A stretch of 62,873 nucleotides of DNA, taken from NCBI GenBank assembly GCA_017996375.1, contig JAGOHC010000001.1:1-62873 (forward strand), in the 5' to 3' direction. Of the stretch, positions 28,411-38,853 are shown in pieces (positions within the stretch are counted from its first letter, which is position 1; the number at the start of each line of letters is the position of its first letter). A program made the position numbers and the translations under genes. Below the pieces are notes generated by a model. It was not told the DNA's origin, did no database searches, and was given only the letters and a program-made list of their open reading frames with translations. Source of the stretch: Saprospiraceae bacterium. GTDB taxonomy: Bacteria > Bacteroidota > Bacteroidia > Chitinophagales > Saprospiraceae.

Positions 28411-28455
28411 TATAAATACCAATGCACAACACATCCTTGCTAATATTAAAAATAA

Positions 28456-28487
28456 TTTGGCGAAATAAAGGATAAGTATTACCTTTG
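28456..28487 (+). promoter_or_regulatory. Candidate rimP-nusA-infB promoter (-33 TTTG, -7 TAccTTTG)
   Basis: TTTG lies at 28456-28459 and TAccTTTG at 28480-28487, with a 20-nt spacer. The rimP ATG is at 28553. Confidence 0.6.
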
Positions 28488-28508
28488 CTACCAACAAGGT
28501 GAAAAGGT

Positions 28509-28538
28509 AAGAGGGAATGTAACCAATTCCCTCTTTTT
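28509..28538 (+). terminator. Terminator-like hairpin inside the rimP leader (candidate attenuator)
   Basis: AAGAGGGAAT (28509-28518) pairs perfectly with ATTCCCTCTT (28526-28535). The loop is 7 nt and the T-run continues to 28538, followed by ATTTTAT. It lies between the predicted promoter and the ATG at 28553. Confidence 0.6.
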
Positions 28539-28552
28539 ATTTTATATAACTT

Positions 28553-29032
28553 ATGGTCGTTACAATCGGAATTGAAGAATTGCTGCTGCAAAAATTTGAA
28601 CAACCCGCTTTCTCTGATTGTTTTATCGTAGAGATAAAACTCGCCAATCCAAATAGATTGGAGGTGTTTGTTGATAGCGACACCGGCATCTCTTTGGAGA
28701 AGTGCCAAAAAATAAGCCGCTACTTAGAACAGCACTTAGAAGAAAAGAAGTGGTTAAGCGAAAACTATACCTTAGAGGTATCTTCTCCCGGAATCAATCG
28801 CCCGTTAAAGTTTGTTCGTCAATACAAAAAAAATATCGGCAGAACATTAGACATCACCTTATCCGATAACACTATAAAAAAAGGCGTGTTACTTAATGCC
28901 GATGACGAGCAAATTCTTATAGAAGAAACGCTAAAAGTAAAAGAAGGCAAAAAGAACGTCAGCATACAACAACAAACCCAAATACCTTATACCGCCATCG
29001 CAAAAGCAATTGTAAAAATTTCGTTTGCGTAA
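28553..29032 (+). CDS. rimP: Ribosome maturation factor RimP
   Basis: 159 aa. It sits directly upstream of nusA and shows the RimP pattern ...LEVFVDSDTGISLEKCQKISRYLE...YTLEVSSPGINRPL. Confidence 0.85.
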   Translation: MVVTIGIEELLLQKFEQPAFSDCFIVEIKLANPNRLEVFVDSDTGISLEKCQKISRYLEQHLEEKKWLSENYTLEVSSPGINRPLKFVRQYKKNIGRTLDITLSDNTIKKGVLLNADDEQILIEETLKVKEGKKNVSIQQQTQIPYTAIAKAIVKISFA

Positions 29033-29079
29033 CAGATTATTAAAGCATTAAATTTATCACACACTTTCGTATATAAATT

Positions 29080-30327
29080 ATGAATCTCGTAGATACTTTT
29101 TCAGAGTTTAAAGCCGGCAAAAATATTGACCGCCCAACTATGGTACGCGTATTAGAAGACGTGTTTCGCACCCTTATTAAAAAGAAATTTGGCTCGGATG
29201 AAAACTTCGAGGTAATCGTAAATACCAGTGGTGACCTTGAGCTTTGGCGCGTACGCCAAATTGTTGCCGACGGCGAAGTTATGGACGAACGCTCACAAAT
29301 CTCTATATCCGAAGCATTAGGCATTGACCAAGACTACGAAGTGGGTGATGAGTGCTACGAGCAACTATTCCTTGAGGATTTTGGACGCCGCTCGATTATG
29401 GCAGCTCGCCAAACACTCATCAGCCGCATTTCCGAATTGGAGAAAGACGAAGTATATAGAAAATATGTAGATAAAGTAGGCGAATTGGTTGTAGGCGAAG
29501 TAAGCCAAGTGATGAAAAAAGAAATACTCATACTGGACGATGCTACTAGCCACGAGTTATTAGTGCCTCGCACCGAAATGATACGTGGCGACTACTACCG
29601 CAAGGGCGATGTCGTGCGCGGCATCATCAAAAAAGTAGAGATGAAAAACAACAGCCCGTCTGTAATTATATCTCGCACCGACAACGACTTTCTGGCAAAG
29701 CTATTGGAGCAGGAAGTTCCCGAAATTGAAGATAACGTAATCGCTATCCGCAAAATAGTACGCATACCCGGCGAGCGTGCTAAAGTTGCCGTTGAATCCT
29801 TCGATGACCGTATTGACCCCGTAGGGGCTTGCGTAGGGATGAAGGGGTCACGCATACACGGTATCGTACGCGAGTTACGTAATGAAAATATTGACATTAT
29901 CAACTTCACGAACAACACCTCGCTTTTCATACAACGTGCACTCACGCCAGCAAAAGTGACCAACATCGAATTTGATATAGAAAAGAAACAAGCCAGTGTA
30001 TATCTTGACCCCGACCAAGTATCCTTAGCTATCGGCAAGGGTGGTTCGAATATCAAATTAGCTTGCCAACTGACTGGTTTCGAAATAGATGTATTCCGTG
30101 TAACTAACGAGGTCGAAATTGAAGATGTTGACCTTGACGAATTCTCAGATGAAATAGAAAGTTGGGTAATTGATGCCTTTAAAAATATCGGTTGCGATAC
30201 GGCAAAAAGCGTGCTGAGTTTAAGCATCGAAGAGTTGGTGCGCCGTACCGACCTTGAGGAAGAAACCGTACGCGAAGTTATTAATATATTGCGAGCAGAA
30301 TTTGAGGATGACCAAAACGCATCGTAA
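29080..30327 (+). CDS. nusA: Transcription termination/antitermination factor NusA
   Basis: 415 aa with an N-terminal NusA domain, an S1 domain (GELVVGEVSQV), and KH domains (RAKVAVES...DPVGACVGMKGSRI and AIGKGGSNIKLA). Confidence 0.95.
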   Translation: MNLVDTFSEFKAGKNIDRPTMVRVLEDVFRTLIKKKFGSDENFEVIVNTSGDLELWRVRQIVADGEVMDERSQISISEALGIDQDYEVGDECYEQLFLEDFGRRSIMAARQTLISRISELEKDEVYRKYVDKVGELVVGEVSQVMKKEILILDDATSHELLVPRTEMIRGDYYRKGDVVRGIIKKVEMKNNSPSVIISRTDNDFLAKLLEQEVPEIEDNVIAIRKIVRIPGERAKVAVESFDDRIDPVGACVGMKGSRIHGIVRELRNENIDIINFTNNTSLFIQRALTPAKVTNIEFDIEKKQASVYLDPDQVSLAIGKGGSNIKLACQLTGFEIDVFRVTNEVEIEDVDLDEFSDEIESWVIDAFKNIGCDTAKSVLSLSIEELVRRTDLEEETVREVINILRAEFEDDQNAS

Positions 30328-30463
30328 ATACATTATTTAATCTTTTTATACAAAACAACACCAACAAACACCGCAACAAAAATAACGCTAATCAACACAA
30401 ATAATTTAACTTTGCGAGCAGGCAAGAAGTCAATACGGATTTACCTGCACGATAAACATCTTT

Positions 30464-33367
30464 ATGGAAGATAAAAAATTAATTAAGGTAGCAAAAGAAC
30501 TCAACGTCGGTATTGGCACCGTAGTCGAGCACCTCGTAAAAAAAGGCTTCGACATCGAAAACAAACCCAACGCCAAAATTACTGACCCGATGTATGCCGA
30601 ACTCCTCAGAGAGTTCCAAAAAGATATTGCTATCAAAGAACAAGCAGAACAGCTAAAAAATCGCCCGCTCCTCACCAAAAAGGAGACGGAGTCGTCTGCA
30701 ATCAAAACCACCCCTACTATCTCTCTGTTAAAAAAAGATGAACCAGTTTCGCTTCGCAAACAAGAAACACCTCCGCCATCTGCCGAACCAGAGGCAACAC
30801 CCGCTATCAAGCCGGAAGCACCGCAACAAATCATAACGCCGATTAATACTCCAACAGAAAGTACAAATCCGGTTGCCGATAATCGCCCAAAGCCGCGCGT
30901 GGTGGGTAAAATAGATTTAGATTCAATCAATAAACCAAAGGTTAGTCCTCAGGCAAAGGAGCAAAAGAAAGGCGACAAAGAGCAAAAAACAGAACAGCCT
31001 AATAAAGCAGAAAAAAGTGCTGCTCCGCCGAAACAAAAAATCGAACCGCACCAAAAAACACCGCCACCTGTCATAGAAAAAATTGAAGAGCCTGTCATTC
31101 AAGAAGAGGCAGATGTTTTTCGTGCAGAAACACCACAGTTGCGCGGACTGAAGATTCAGGGTAAAATTGACATTAACAAAAACACAGGCAAGGATAAAGA
31201 AAATAATAAAGATCGAGACAGAGACCGCCGTGGCAGACCCGACAACGATAATAGGGCAAGAAATGTACCCAAACCCGCCGGTGCCAGCACAGAACAAGAC
31301 AGCGATGACGCTGCAAAGCGCAAGCGCAAGCGCAAAAAAGTTACTACTGCAATCGTAGATAAAAACTTCACCATCGGTGGAGCATTAAACAAACCAAGAA
31401 CTACCAAACCGACTGTCAACAGAAGACCCGACCAAAAGGAAGTTTCGCAACGCGAAATTGACGACCAGATTCGTCAAACAATGGCAAAAATTGCCAGTGG
31501 TGGCAAGAATAAACGACAAAAAATACGGAAGGATTCTCGCGACCGCAAGCATGAACGATTAGAAGCTCTCGAACAACAAAACAGCGATGGCAAAGTATTA
31601 CAGGTAACAGAATTTGTATCCGTTTCCGAATTAGCAAGCCTGATGAATGTTCCGGTTGCCAGTGTCATAACCGCCTGCATGAGTTTAGGAGTCATAGTTT
31701 CTATTAACCAACGCTTAGACGCAGAAGTCATAGAACTCATCGTAAATGAATTTGGTTATGATGTAGCTTTCATTAGTGCCGAAGAGCAAGTAGATACCGA
31801 AGAAGAAATAGTAGATGCACCAGAAGACCTGCGGGAACGTGCACCCATCGTAACTGTAATGGGACACGTTGACCACGGTAAAACATCATTACTCGATTAT
31901 ATCCGTAAAGCTAACGTTGCTGGAGGTGAAGCTGGCGGTATCACACAGCATATCGGTGCTTATGAGGTCGTTACTTCCGAAGGAAAAAAGGTTACTTTCT
32001 TAGATACACCCGGTCACGAAGCCTTTACTGCCATGCGTGCACGTGGTGCAAAAATTACAGACGTTGCAGTCATTATCATCGCTGCCGATGACAACGTCAT
32101 GCCTCAAACCAAAGAGGCTATCAGCCACGCACAAGCTGCCGGAGTGCCTATCATATTCGCTATCAACAAAATTGATAAGGCAGGTGCCGCGCCAGAGCGC
32201 ATCAAGCAAGAATTAGCTTCCATGAATTTGTTGGTGGAAGAATGGGGTGGCAAGTATCAGTCGCAGGATATTTCTGCAAAGCAAGGATTAAACGTTGATA
32301 AACTCTTAGAGAAAATACTCCTCGAAGCAGAAGTTTTAGATCTAAAAGCTAATCCTAAACGTGCCGCTTTAGGTACGGTGATAGAAGCATCATTAGATAA
32401 AGGACGTGGGTATGTTTGTAAACTATTAGTACAAAATGGTTCTCTACATATCGGAGATGCCACCGTAGCCGGCGAATATTCAGGTAAGGTAAAAGCTATG
32501 TTCAATGAGCGTGGTAAAAAGATAACCGTTGCCGGACCTTCAACCCCTGTACTCGTATTAGGCTTAGGCGGAGCACCACAAGCTGGCGAAAAATTTAAGG
32601 TTGTAGATAGCGACCAAGAAGCACGTCAAATTGCTTCTAAACGCGCACAAATTATTCGAGAGCAGGCCACCCGCGCCGCAAAACGTATCAGCTTAGACGA
32701 AATCGGTCGCCGTTTGGCATTAGGTACATTCAAAGAGTTGAACTTAATAGTAAAAGGAGATGTGGACGGCTCAATAGAAGCATTAGCCGATTCATTAATA
32801 AAATTGTCTATCGAAAAAGTTCAGGTAAATGTCATCCACAAAGCAGTAGGGCAAATTATCGAATCCGATGTGTTGCTCGCTTCGGCTTCGGATGCCATCA
32901 TCATTGGCTTCCAAGTACGCCCGTCTGTTGGCGCACGCAAACTCGCCGAGCGTGAGGGTGTCGAAATCAATACCTACTCCATCATCTACGAAGCCATCGA
33001 GGAAGTCAAGTTAGCAATTGAGGGAATGTTAGAGCCTACTAAAGAAGAAAAAATACTCGGGCAGATTGATGTACGCGAAGTGTTCAAAATCAGCAAAGTG
33101 GGTACCGTTGCAGGTTGCTTTGTAACAGACGGCAAGGTGATGCGTAATAACCACATCCGCGTTATCCGTGAAGGTATCGTTATCTTCCCGACAAAAGAAG
33201 GGGCAGCCGGAGAGATATCATCGCTCAAGCGATTAAAAGACGATGCAAAAGAAGTAAAAGCTGGAATGGATTGTGGCTTAACGATAAAGAATTTCAACGA
33301 CATAAAAGTAGGCGACAACATAGAGGTATACGAAATTACCGAAGTAAAACAGACCTACAGTAAATAA
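30464..33367 (+). CDS. infB: Translation initiation factor IF-2
   Basis: 967 aa with a low-complexity K/E/P-rich N-terminal region. The GTPase motifs are [20 protein letters not shown] and NKID. Confidence 0.95.
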   Translation: MEDKKLIKVAKELNVGIGTVVEHLVKKGFDIENKPNAKITDPMYAELLREFQKDIAIKEQAEQLKNRPLLTKKETESSAIKTTPTISLLKKDEPVSLRKQETPPPSAEPEATPAIKPEAPQQIITPINTPTESTNPVADNRPKPRVVGKIDLDSINKPKVSPQAKEQKKGDKEQKTEQPNKAEKSAAPPKQKIEPHQKTPPPVIEKIEEPVIQEEADVFRAETPQLRGLKIQGKIDINKNTGKDKENNKDRDRDRRGRPDNDNRARNVPKPAGASTEQDSDDAAKRKRKRKKVTTAIVDKNFTIGGALNKPRTTKPTVNRRPDQKEVSQREIDDQIRQTMAKIASGGKNKRQKIRKDSRDRKHERLEALEQQNSDGKVLQVTEFVSVSELASLMNVPVASVITACMSLGVIVSINQRLDAEVIELIVNEFGYDVAFISAEEQVDTEEEIVDAPEDLRERAPIVTVMGHVDHGKTSLLDYIRKANVAGGEAGGITQHIGAYEVVTSEGKKVTFLDTPGHEAFTAMRARGAKITDVAVIIIAADDNVMPQTKEAISHAQAAGVPIIFAINKIDKAGAAPERIKQELASMNLLVEEWGGKYQSQDISAKQGLNVDKLLEKILLEAEVLDLKANPKRAALGTVIEASLDKGRGYVCKLLVQNGSLHIGDATVAGEYSGKVKAMFNERGKKITVAGPSTPVLVLGLGGAPQAGEKFKVVDSDQEARQIASKRAQIIREQATRAAKRISLDEIGRRLALGTFKELNLIVKGDVDGSIEALADSLIKLSIEKVQVNVIHKAVGQIIESDVLLASASDAIIIGFQVRPSVGARKLAEREGVEINTYSIIYEAIEEVKLAIEGMLEPTKEEKILGQIDVREVFKISKVGTVAGCFVTDGKVMRNNHIRVIREGIVIFPTKEGAAGEISSLKRLKDDAKEVKAGMDCGLTIKNFNDIKVGDNIEVYEITEVKQTYSK

Positions 33368-33383
33368 CATAATAACGGTTTAA

Positions 33384-34622
33384 ATGAGTTTGATGCCGTG
33401 GTCAGAAAACTTTCGTATATGGCTGCTTGCAGGTATTGCTGCTATGATGAGCGTATATCCATTAGTGGCATCGTATCTGACTGGTATATTACTGATTTAT
33501 ACATTCACTACCGGTAATGTAAAGGGCAAAATTCACAATATAGTACAACCATTGCCCCTGTTGTTTATAAGTTTGTACGTGGTTTACGTTTTAGGACTTT
33601 TCCATACAAGTACGGAAAATTGCAGTTATGCTCTTCAAAAGTTAGAAACAAAGCTTGGTCTATTGTTATTTCCAATACTCATCTTTGCTGAAAAAATATC
33701 CTATCAAGGGCAGCGCACTATTTTTAAAGCCTTTGTATTAGGATGCGCTTTCTGTGCAATATACTGTTTAAGCTGTGCAGCAGTGCATCACTTCATATCG
33801 GGGGTATCAAATTTTACATATTCGTTTCTTAGCGATTATATTAAGTTTCACCCTGCATATTTTTCGCTATACTTAGGTTTTGGTATATTTATTTTATTAG
33901 ATAAAGCCTATGAAGATTTATTTCCAAAAATTATACAACAAAGCCTAATTTTGTTTTTCGCAACCGTGATTGTGCTGCTGGCTTCTCGTATGGAAGTGTT
34001 AGTTTTTTTGTTTTTATTCAACCTAACGGCTCTATATTATTATGGCTATCAACAAAAAAAGATACTAAAAGCATTGTTTGCAGTAGGGTTAATCACATTA
34101 TTTTTTGTAGGTGGCTCCTTAATTTTGCCACAAGCACGCTTGAACAACGTTACCAATGCCATAACTACACAAAAAGAAGGTGTTCGCCAGGATTCTTCTC
34201 TTGCACAACGGATTGATAAAACCCGATATTACCTCTGGACAGTTTCAGCGGAGAGTATTCGCGAAGCACCCATATTTGGTGTCGGCACAGGCGATATAAC
34301 CGATGTAATGAAAGAAAAATTCCTTAAAAGGAAGGACGTAAATCCCATAGTCATTGCCAAAGGCTATAATTCGCACCAACAATTTTTACAAATTTGGCTC
34401 ACGCTCGGCATATTTGCATTGCTGCTGTTTATCGCCATTTTATTTGTTCCGCTATACTTGGCATGGAAGCAATCGCATTATTTATACGCACTTTTTTTGT
34501 TATCTTTTATACTGTCAATATTAGTTGAAAGTATGTTGGAAAACCAGCGAGGTGTGATATTTTATGCCTTTTTTAATAGCTTATTAGCCAGTCAATTAGC
34601 AGTAAAACGCTGGCAAGTATAA
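33384..34622 (+). CDS. O-antigen ligase/polymerase-like (Wzy_C family) integral membrane protein
   Basis: 412 aa, polytopic. A large loop is followed by GVGTGD...YNSHQQFLQIWLTLGIFALLLF, which is typical of the O-antigen ligase domain. Confidence 0.55.
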   Translation: MSLMPWSENFRIWLLAGIAAMMSVYPLVASYLTGILLIYTFTTGNVKGKIHNIVQPLPLLFISLYVVYVLGLFHTSTENCSYALQKLETKLGLLLFPILIFAEKISYQGQRTIFKAFVLGCAFCAIYCLSCAAVHHFISGVSNFTYSFLSDYIKFHPAYFSLYLGFGIFILLDKAYEDLFPKIIQQSLILFFATVIVLLASRMEVLVFLFLFNLTALYYYGYQQKKILKALFAVGLITLFFVGGSLILPQARLNNVTNAITTQKEGVRQDSSLAQRIDKTRYYLWTVSAESIREAPIFGVGTGDITDVMKEKFLKRKDVNPIVIAKGYNSHQQFLQIWLTLGIFALLLFIAILFVPLYLAWKQSHYLYALFLLSFILSILVESMLENQRGVIFYAFFNSLLASQLAVKRWQV

Positions 34623-34626
34623 CGCC

Positions 34627-35763
34627 ATGCGTATCGCTATAAACACCAGATTTTTATTGCCCAATAAATTGGAAGGAATCGGTTGGTACACTTACGAAGT
34701 AACGCGCCGTATGGTATTGAATCATCCGAATGACGAGTTCTTTTTTTTCTTTGACCGCGCATTTGACCAACGTTTTATCTTTGCAAAAAATGTTACCCCT
34801 ATTATTTTATTTCCACCAGCACGCCATCCGTTTTTATTTGTTGCGTGGTATGAAGCTGCGCTAACCAATGCATTGCGCCGATATAATTGTGATGTATTTT
34901 GGTCACCTGATAATTTCCTGTCTTTACAAACTTTAACGCCAACGGTTTTGACCGTTCACGACCTCGCCTACAAAGCCTATCCTGAGCAGGTATCTTTTTT
35001 TGTGCGACAATATTATCAATACTTCACACCACGTTATTTGCGGAAAGCAAAAAATATTCTGACTGTTTCTCAATTTGTTAAGGAAGATATTATTCGACAT
35101 TTCCAAACGGATACTGAAAAAATAACAGTAGCACATAACGGCAGCCGCACTACTTTTGCGCCTATTGATGCAAAAGCCCAACAAACCATCCGACAACAGT
35201 TTACGCAAGGTGACGCATACTTTTTGTACGTTGGTGCCATACAACCACGCAAGAATGTGCTGCGCCTCATACAAGCCTTTGAATTATTTAAACAACAGAC
35301 GCAATCGGCGGTAAAACTTGTATTGGTGGGGCGCATGGCTTGGGGTACTTTGGAGGTTTCGCAAGCTATTGAGCAATCTGTTTTTTGTAAAGACATCATT
35401 CACTTGGGGTATGTTGAGCAGTTGGAGCAATTGGTAGCGTCGGCACTTGCTGTGGTATATGTATCGCTGTTTGAGGGGTTTGGATTGCCTATTTTAGAAG
35501 CTATGTGTTGCGATGTTCCGGTTATCACATCTAATACAACTTCGATGCCGGAAGTTGCCGGTGATGCTGCCCTGCTGGTAAATCCACATGATGTAAATGC
35601 ACTTGCAGATGCCTTAAAAAGAATCGCTACCAACCCTGAGTTACGTCAGGAATTGATAGCGAAAGGTCGTGTACAACGTCAGCGTTTTGATTGGGATACA
35701 ACTGCCGAAATAGTGTATGCTGTTATTACTCAAACTGCCAAATCAGCGGAGCATATTTACTAA
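34627..35763 (+). CDS. Glycosyltransferase, GT4 family (GT-B fold)
   Basis: 378 aa with the EGFGLPILEAMCCDVPVITSNTTSMPEVAGDAALLVNP motif (E-x7-E). Confidence 0.85.
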   Translation: MRIAINTRFLLPNKLEGIGWYTYEVTRRMVLNHPNDEFFFFFDRAFDQRFIFAKNVTPIILFPPARHPFLFVAWYEAALTNALRRYNCDVFWSPDNFLSLQTLTPTVLTVHDLAYKAYPEQVSFFVRQYYQYFTPRYLRKAKNILTVSQFVKEDIIRHFQTDTEKITVAHNGSRTTFAPIDAKAQQTIRQQFTQGDAYFLYVGAIQPRKNVLRLIQAFELFKQQTQSAVKLVLVGRMAWGTLEVSQAIEQSVFCKDIIHLGYVEQLEQLVASALAVVYVSLFEGFGLPILEAMCCDVPVITSNTTSMPEVAGDAALLVNPHDVNALADALKRIATNPELRQELIAKGRVQRQRFDWDTTAEIVYAVITQTAKSAEHIY

Positions 35764-38700
35764 TTCATTGCGGCGCACCTTGTTGAAATTGATATAAAAC
35801 GAAATCCGATTCCAATATTTCGTGCCTAAAAATGGTTTCACTTGCTGCTCCAATTCTAAGAATCTGTTTTTTATCAAATCATCATTAAATATTGGGAGAT
35901 AGATAGTCAAAAAATCCGGTATCGGGCTTATCTGCATTCCTACGTCCCATACAAAAGTTCCTGAAGGTGTTTCACCCTCTTGTGTGCGATTACCATAATA
36001 AGCAATATCGCCGTAAGGTTTAATGCCCATGGGTAAACGCATCGGCAAATCGGCAACAATATTAAGTGCCAACAAGTATTTGTTGGAGTGCCCAAATTGA
36101 TTCACATAGCGCGAGTCGAAAGGTGTTTTAAATGCTCCATCGCGCATACTTAATTGGCGCACCCAAAGGTCGGGAGCTACATCATCGCTACCGCGCTCGT
36201 TTCTGCCGAAGTAAAAATTATCATACAAAAAATCGTTTTGCCCATTATGCGCTACAGAAAAGGCGCTCGGTGTAATATAGCCAGCATTGCGCTCCGTACT
36301 TCCCAAAAAGAAGCCTGCAAAAGCGCGGAAGCTGATGGCTTTTTTGTGTTCGTAATAAAACTTTAGATTATATTCGGCAGCCAAGCGCACGTAGTTGATG
36401 CGTTTTTGAAAATAGTTATCAAAGGCATTTTCCTTTTCGGTAAACGTGTTGTCGCGCCCTTGTTGCGTAATTGTAACATTCCATGACATTGGCGTTGGTG
36501 CACGGCGAATTTCACCTTTATAGATAAGTTGATGCGCCAGATAGGTATTCCAATATTTTCCTGTAAAAGGTACTTCATTCGTGATTGTGTCGCGCGCGCC
36601 GAAGGATGCTTCTTCCTCTCCATAATACACCATGCGATAAGTAAGACTGTGGTTGTAATTATCAGCGGGATTAGTATGCAACTTAAGCGTAACAAACGGC
36701 GACATCCTAAAATATTGCTGATGATATTTGAACTTAAAATTATAATTACTATTGAATGTTCGGGCATCAGCCCCTACCTGAATTTGTCGGATATAGTTGT
36801 TGTTTGGATAGAAATTTTTGTCCACTTCTGCCACTCCCACAATATCTTTTGTGTTTAATGCATACATCGGCGCAACGAAATATTCAAACGGTTTTTCTAA
36901 CACGGAAAGATTGTGTAGGGCTACGCCGAGCATAGTCTTGTCATAATCGTTCCAAGCAATCAAAGGTAGGCAATAGAGTGCATGATGGTTTGGGTTTTCA
37001 ATGCCCCAAAGTTTTACCTTAAATGGCTTGCGTTTGTTGAGAAATACGAGATTGTCATTAGGGTTTAAATCAAAATTATTATTCAATAATATTTTATCGT
37101 AGTCGCCTCCCTTAAAAAGCAGTTCCTTTTCATCATCGAAGCCACTATACCATTGCGTATGCACGGGCTTGTTATCTTTGATGCCAACTAATGCAAATGG
37201 GGTGTTGATGCCACTCTCATTTTCAACTTTTACTTTATAATCTCCTTCATTTTTTTGCACTTCGTCAATTTCATAATCCACTAATTTGTTGCTATTGATT
37301 AATCCATCGAAAAGCCAGCCTAAATTTTTGCCAGTTGTTTGCTCAAGGCTTGCGCGTAAATCTTCAGGATACGGATGTTTGAATTTCCATGTGTTATAAT
37401 ATTGTTGCAAAGCATTATCAAATTCTGCAGTACCCAAATATTGCTCCAACAAACTAAAAGCCGAAGCAGGTTTTTGATAAGCGCCGAGTCCATAATTAAT
37501 ATCTGAAAATCTGTTGGAGTGGGTATTAGGTGCTTGGTCTAATCTCCGCCGCGCCAGAAACAAATAGTATAGTTGTGCAAAATCCAGTCCACTATTTTGC
37601 AAAGCCTGCGTCATAAAATTGCCATACGCAACCTGCGATTTGTAGTACGTTTGCATATAGCGGTGTTCATAATAGGAGTTCATGCCTTCGTCCATCCAAG
37701 GGTGGTCGCGCTCATTAGAAGCCAATATACCATAAAACCAATTATGCCCAACTTCGTGTGTAATCACTTCATCTAACGATTCGGCACTCCCCGATTTTCC
37801 AATAACCGTTATCATGGGATACTCCATACCACCACCGGCACTCAACGCACTCTGTACCGCCGTTGCTTGTGGATAAGGATATGCACCCAGATGTTTTGAA
37901 TAAAATTCTACAGCTCGTGTAACATAGTCTGCACCCTTCACCCACAGGTCTGCTTCCGTATTAGTGAAGAATGCGTGTATGGCTACCATTTTGCCATTCG
38001 GTAAGGTTGCATCACCACTGATTACATAAAAACGTTTGTCGGCAAACCAAGCGAAGTCGTGTACATTTTCGGCAGTATAGCGAATGGTTTTTTCGGTAGT
38101 TGCCGATGCCGGAAAGGTATCATTTTTTGTAAACGCTTTATTAGCAATTGTCGTTTGCGTTGCTGCTTCGCGTTGCTGCAAAAATGTACGCTCCGAATCG
38201 GTTTGTAATACACCGGTAGCTGCCACCACGTAGTTGCTCGGCAGAGTGATAGACACATCAAAGTTGCCGAACTCACTATAAAACTCGCCCATATCCAGAT
38301 AAGGCATCGGATGCCAACCTTTATGGTCAAACACTGCTGGTTTTGGATACCACTGCGTGATTTGATACGATGTACCTACGTGCCCCAGACGGGAGAACGA
38401 AGCTGGAATTTTGATATGTAATGGCGTAGTGATATGGATGCGTGCGCCGGCTGCCAATGGTTGCGGAAGTTTTATCCAAGCAATGTCAGGATTTGCAGTA
38501 TTTGATTTCCAGATAGCTTTTTCACCATAGACAGAGAACTCCAAATTTTTGAATCTGCCCAAATCTTCTTTTTCAGCGAAGTAGAATTTGTCATTACCTA
38601 AACGAAGTTGTTGTTTGGCAAACTCGGTGTTGTTATTCTTGTAGGCATTCACCCAAAGGTTCATCCAAATAGTATCCAACGTATGTGGCGAGTTATTGAT

Positions 38701-38853
38701 GTACTCTATGTCCATATCGCCAGTTAGTACATGTAGGGAGTCATTGAGTGAAACGCGAATTGTATAATTTACTTGTTGTTGAAAATAGGGCGTCTGTGCC
38801 GCCGTGCTGTTTATGTAAAACAGGCTCATCAAGAGTAAAAAGTGTAATTTCAT
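35743..38853 (-). CDS. M1-family zinc metallopeptidase (aminopeptidase N-like), secreted
   Basis: Start at ATG 38853 (MKLHFLLLMSLFYINSTAAQ). The zinc site is ITHEVGHNWFYG...WMDEGMNSY (HExxH-x18-E). The 3' end overlaps the GT4 gene tail-to-tail by 21 nt. Confidence 0.8.
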   Translation of the reverse strand: MKLHFLLLMSLFYINSTAAQTPYFQQQVNYTIRVSLNDSLHVLTGDMDIEYINNSPHTLDTIWMNLWVNAYKNNNTEFAKQQLRLGNDKFYFAEKEDLGRFKNLEFSVYGEKAIWKSNTANPDIAWIKLPQPLAAGARIHITTPLHIKIPASFSRLGHVGTSYQITQWYPKPAVFDHKGWHPMPYLDMGEFYSEFGNFDVSITLPSNYVVAATGVLQTDSERTFLQQREAATQTTIANKAFTKNDTFPASATTEKTIRYTAENVHDFAWFADKRFYVISGDATLPNGKMVAIHAFFTNTEADLWVKGADYVTRAVEFYSKHLGAYPYPQATAVQSALSAGGGMEYPMITVIGKSGSAESLDEVITHEVGHNWFYGILASNERDHPWMDEGMNSYYEHRYMQTYYKSQVAYGNFMTQALQNSGLDFAQLYYLFLARRRLDQAPNTHSNRFSDINYGLGAYQKPASAFSLLEQYLGTAEFDNALQQYYNTWKFKHPYPEDLRASLEQTTGKNLGWLFDGLINSNKLVDYEIDEVQKNEGDYKVKVENESGINTPFALVGIKDNKPVHTQWYSGFDDEKELLFKGGDYDKILLNNNFDLNPNDNLVFLNKRKPFKVKLWGIENPNHHALYCLPLIAWNDYDKTMLGVALHNLSVLEKPFEYFVAPMYALNTKDIVGVAEVDKNFYPNNNYIRQIQVGADARTFNSNYNFKFKYHQQYFRMSPFVTLKLHTNPADNYNHSLTYRMVYYGEEEASFGARDTITNEVPFTGKYWNTYLAHQLIYKGEIRRAPTPMSWNVTITQQGRDNTFTEKENAFDNYFQKRINYVRLAAEYNLKFYYEHKKAISFRAFAGFFLGSTERNAGYITPSAFSVAHNGQNDFLYDNFYFGRNERGSDDVAPDLWVRQLSMRDGAFKTPFDSRYVNQFGHSNKYLLALNIVADLPMRLPMGIKPYGDIAYYGNRTQEGETPSGTFVWDVGMQISPIPDFLTIYLPIFNDDLIKNRFLELEQQVKPFLGTKYWNRISFYINFNKVRRNELVNMLR

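Noticed and set aside
28214-28708. 164-aa minus-strand ORF spanning the hydrolase/rimP intergenic region
   Set aside because: It overlaps the rimP start, its promoter and leader hairpin. The sequence is low-complexity, with no start context or motifs.
29595-30930. Minus-strand ORFs of 210 aa (29595-30227) and 166 aa (30430-30930)
   Set aside because: They are antisense to nusA and infB respectively and have no recognisable features.
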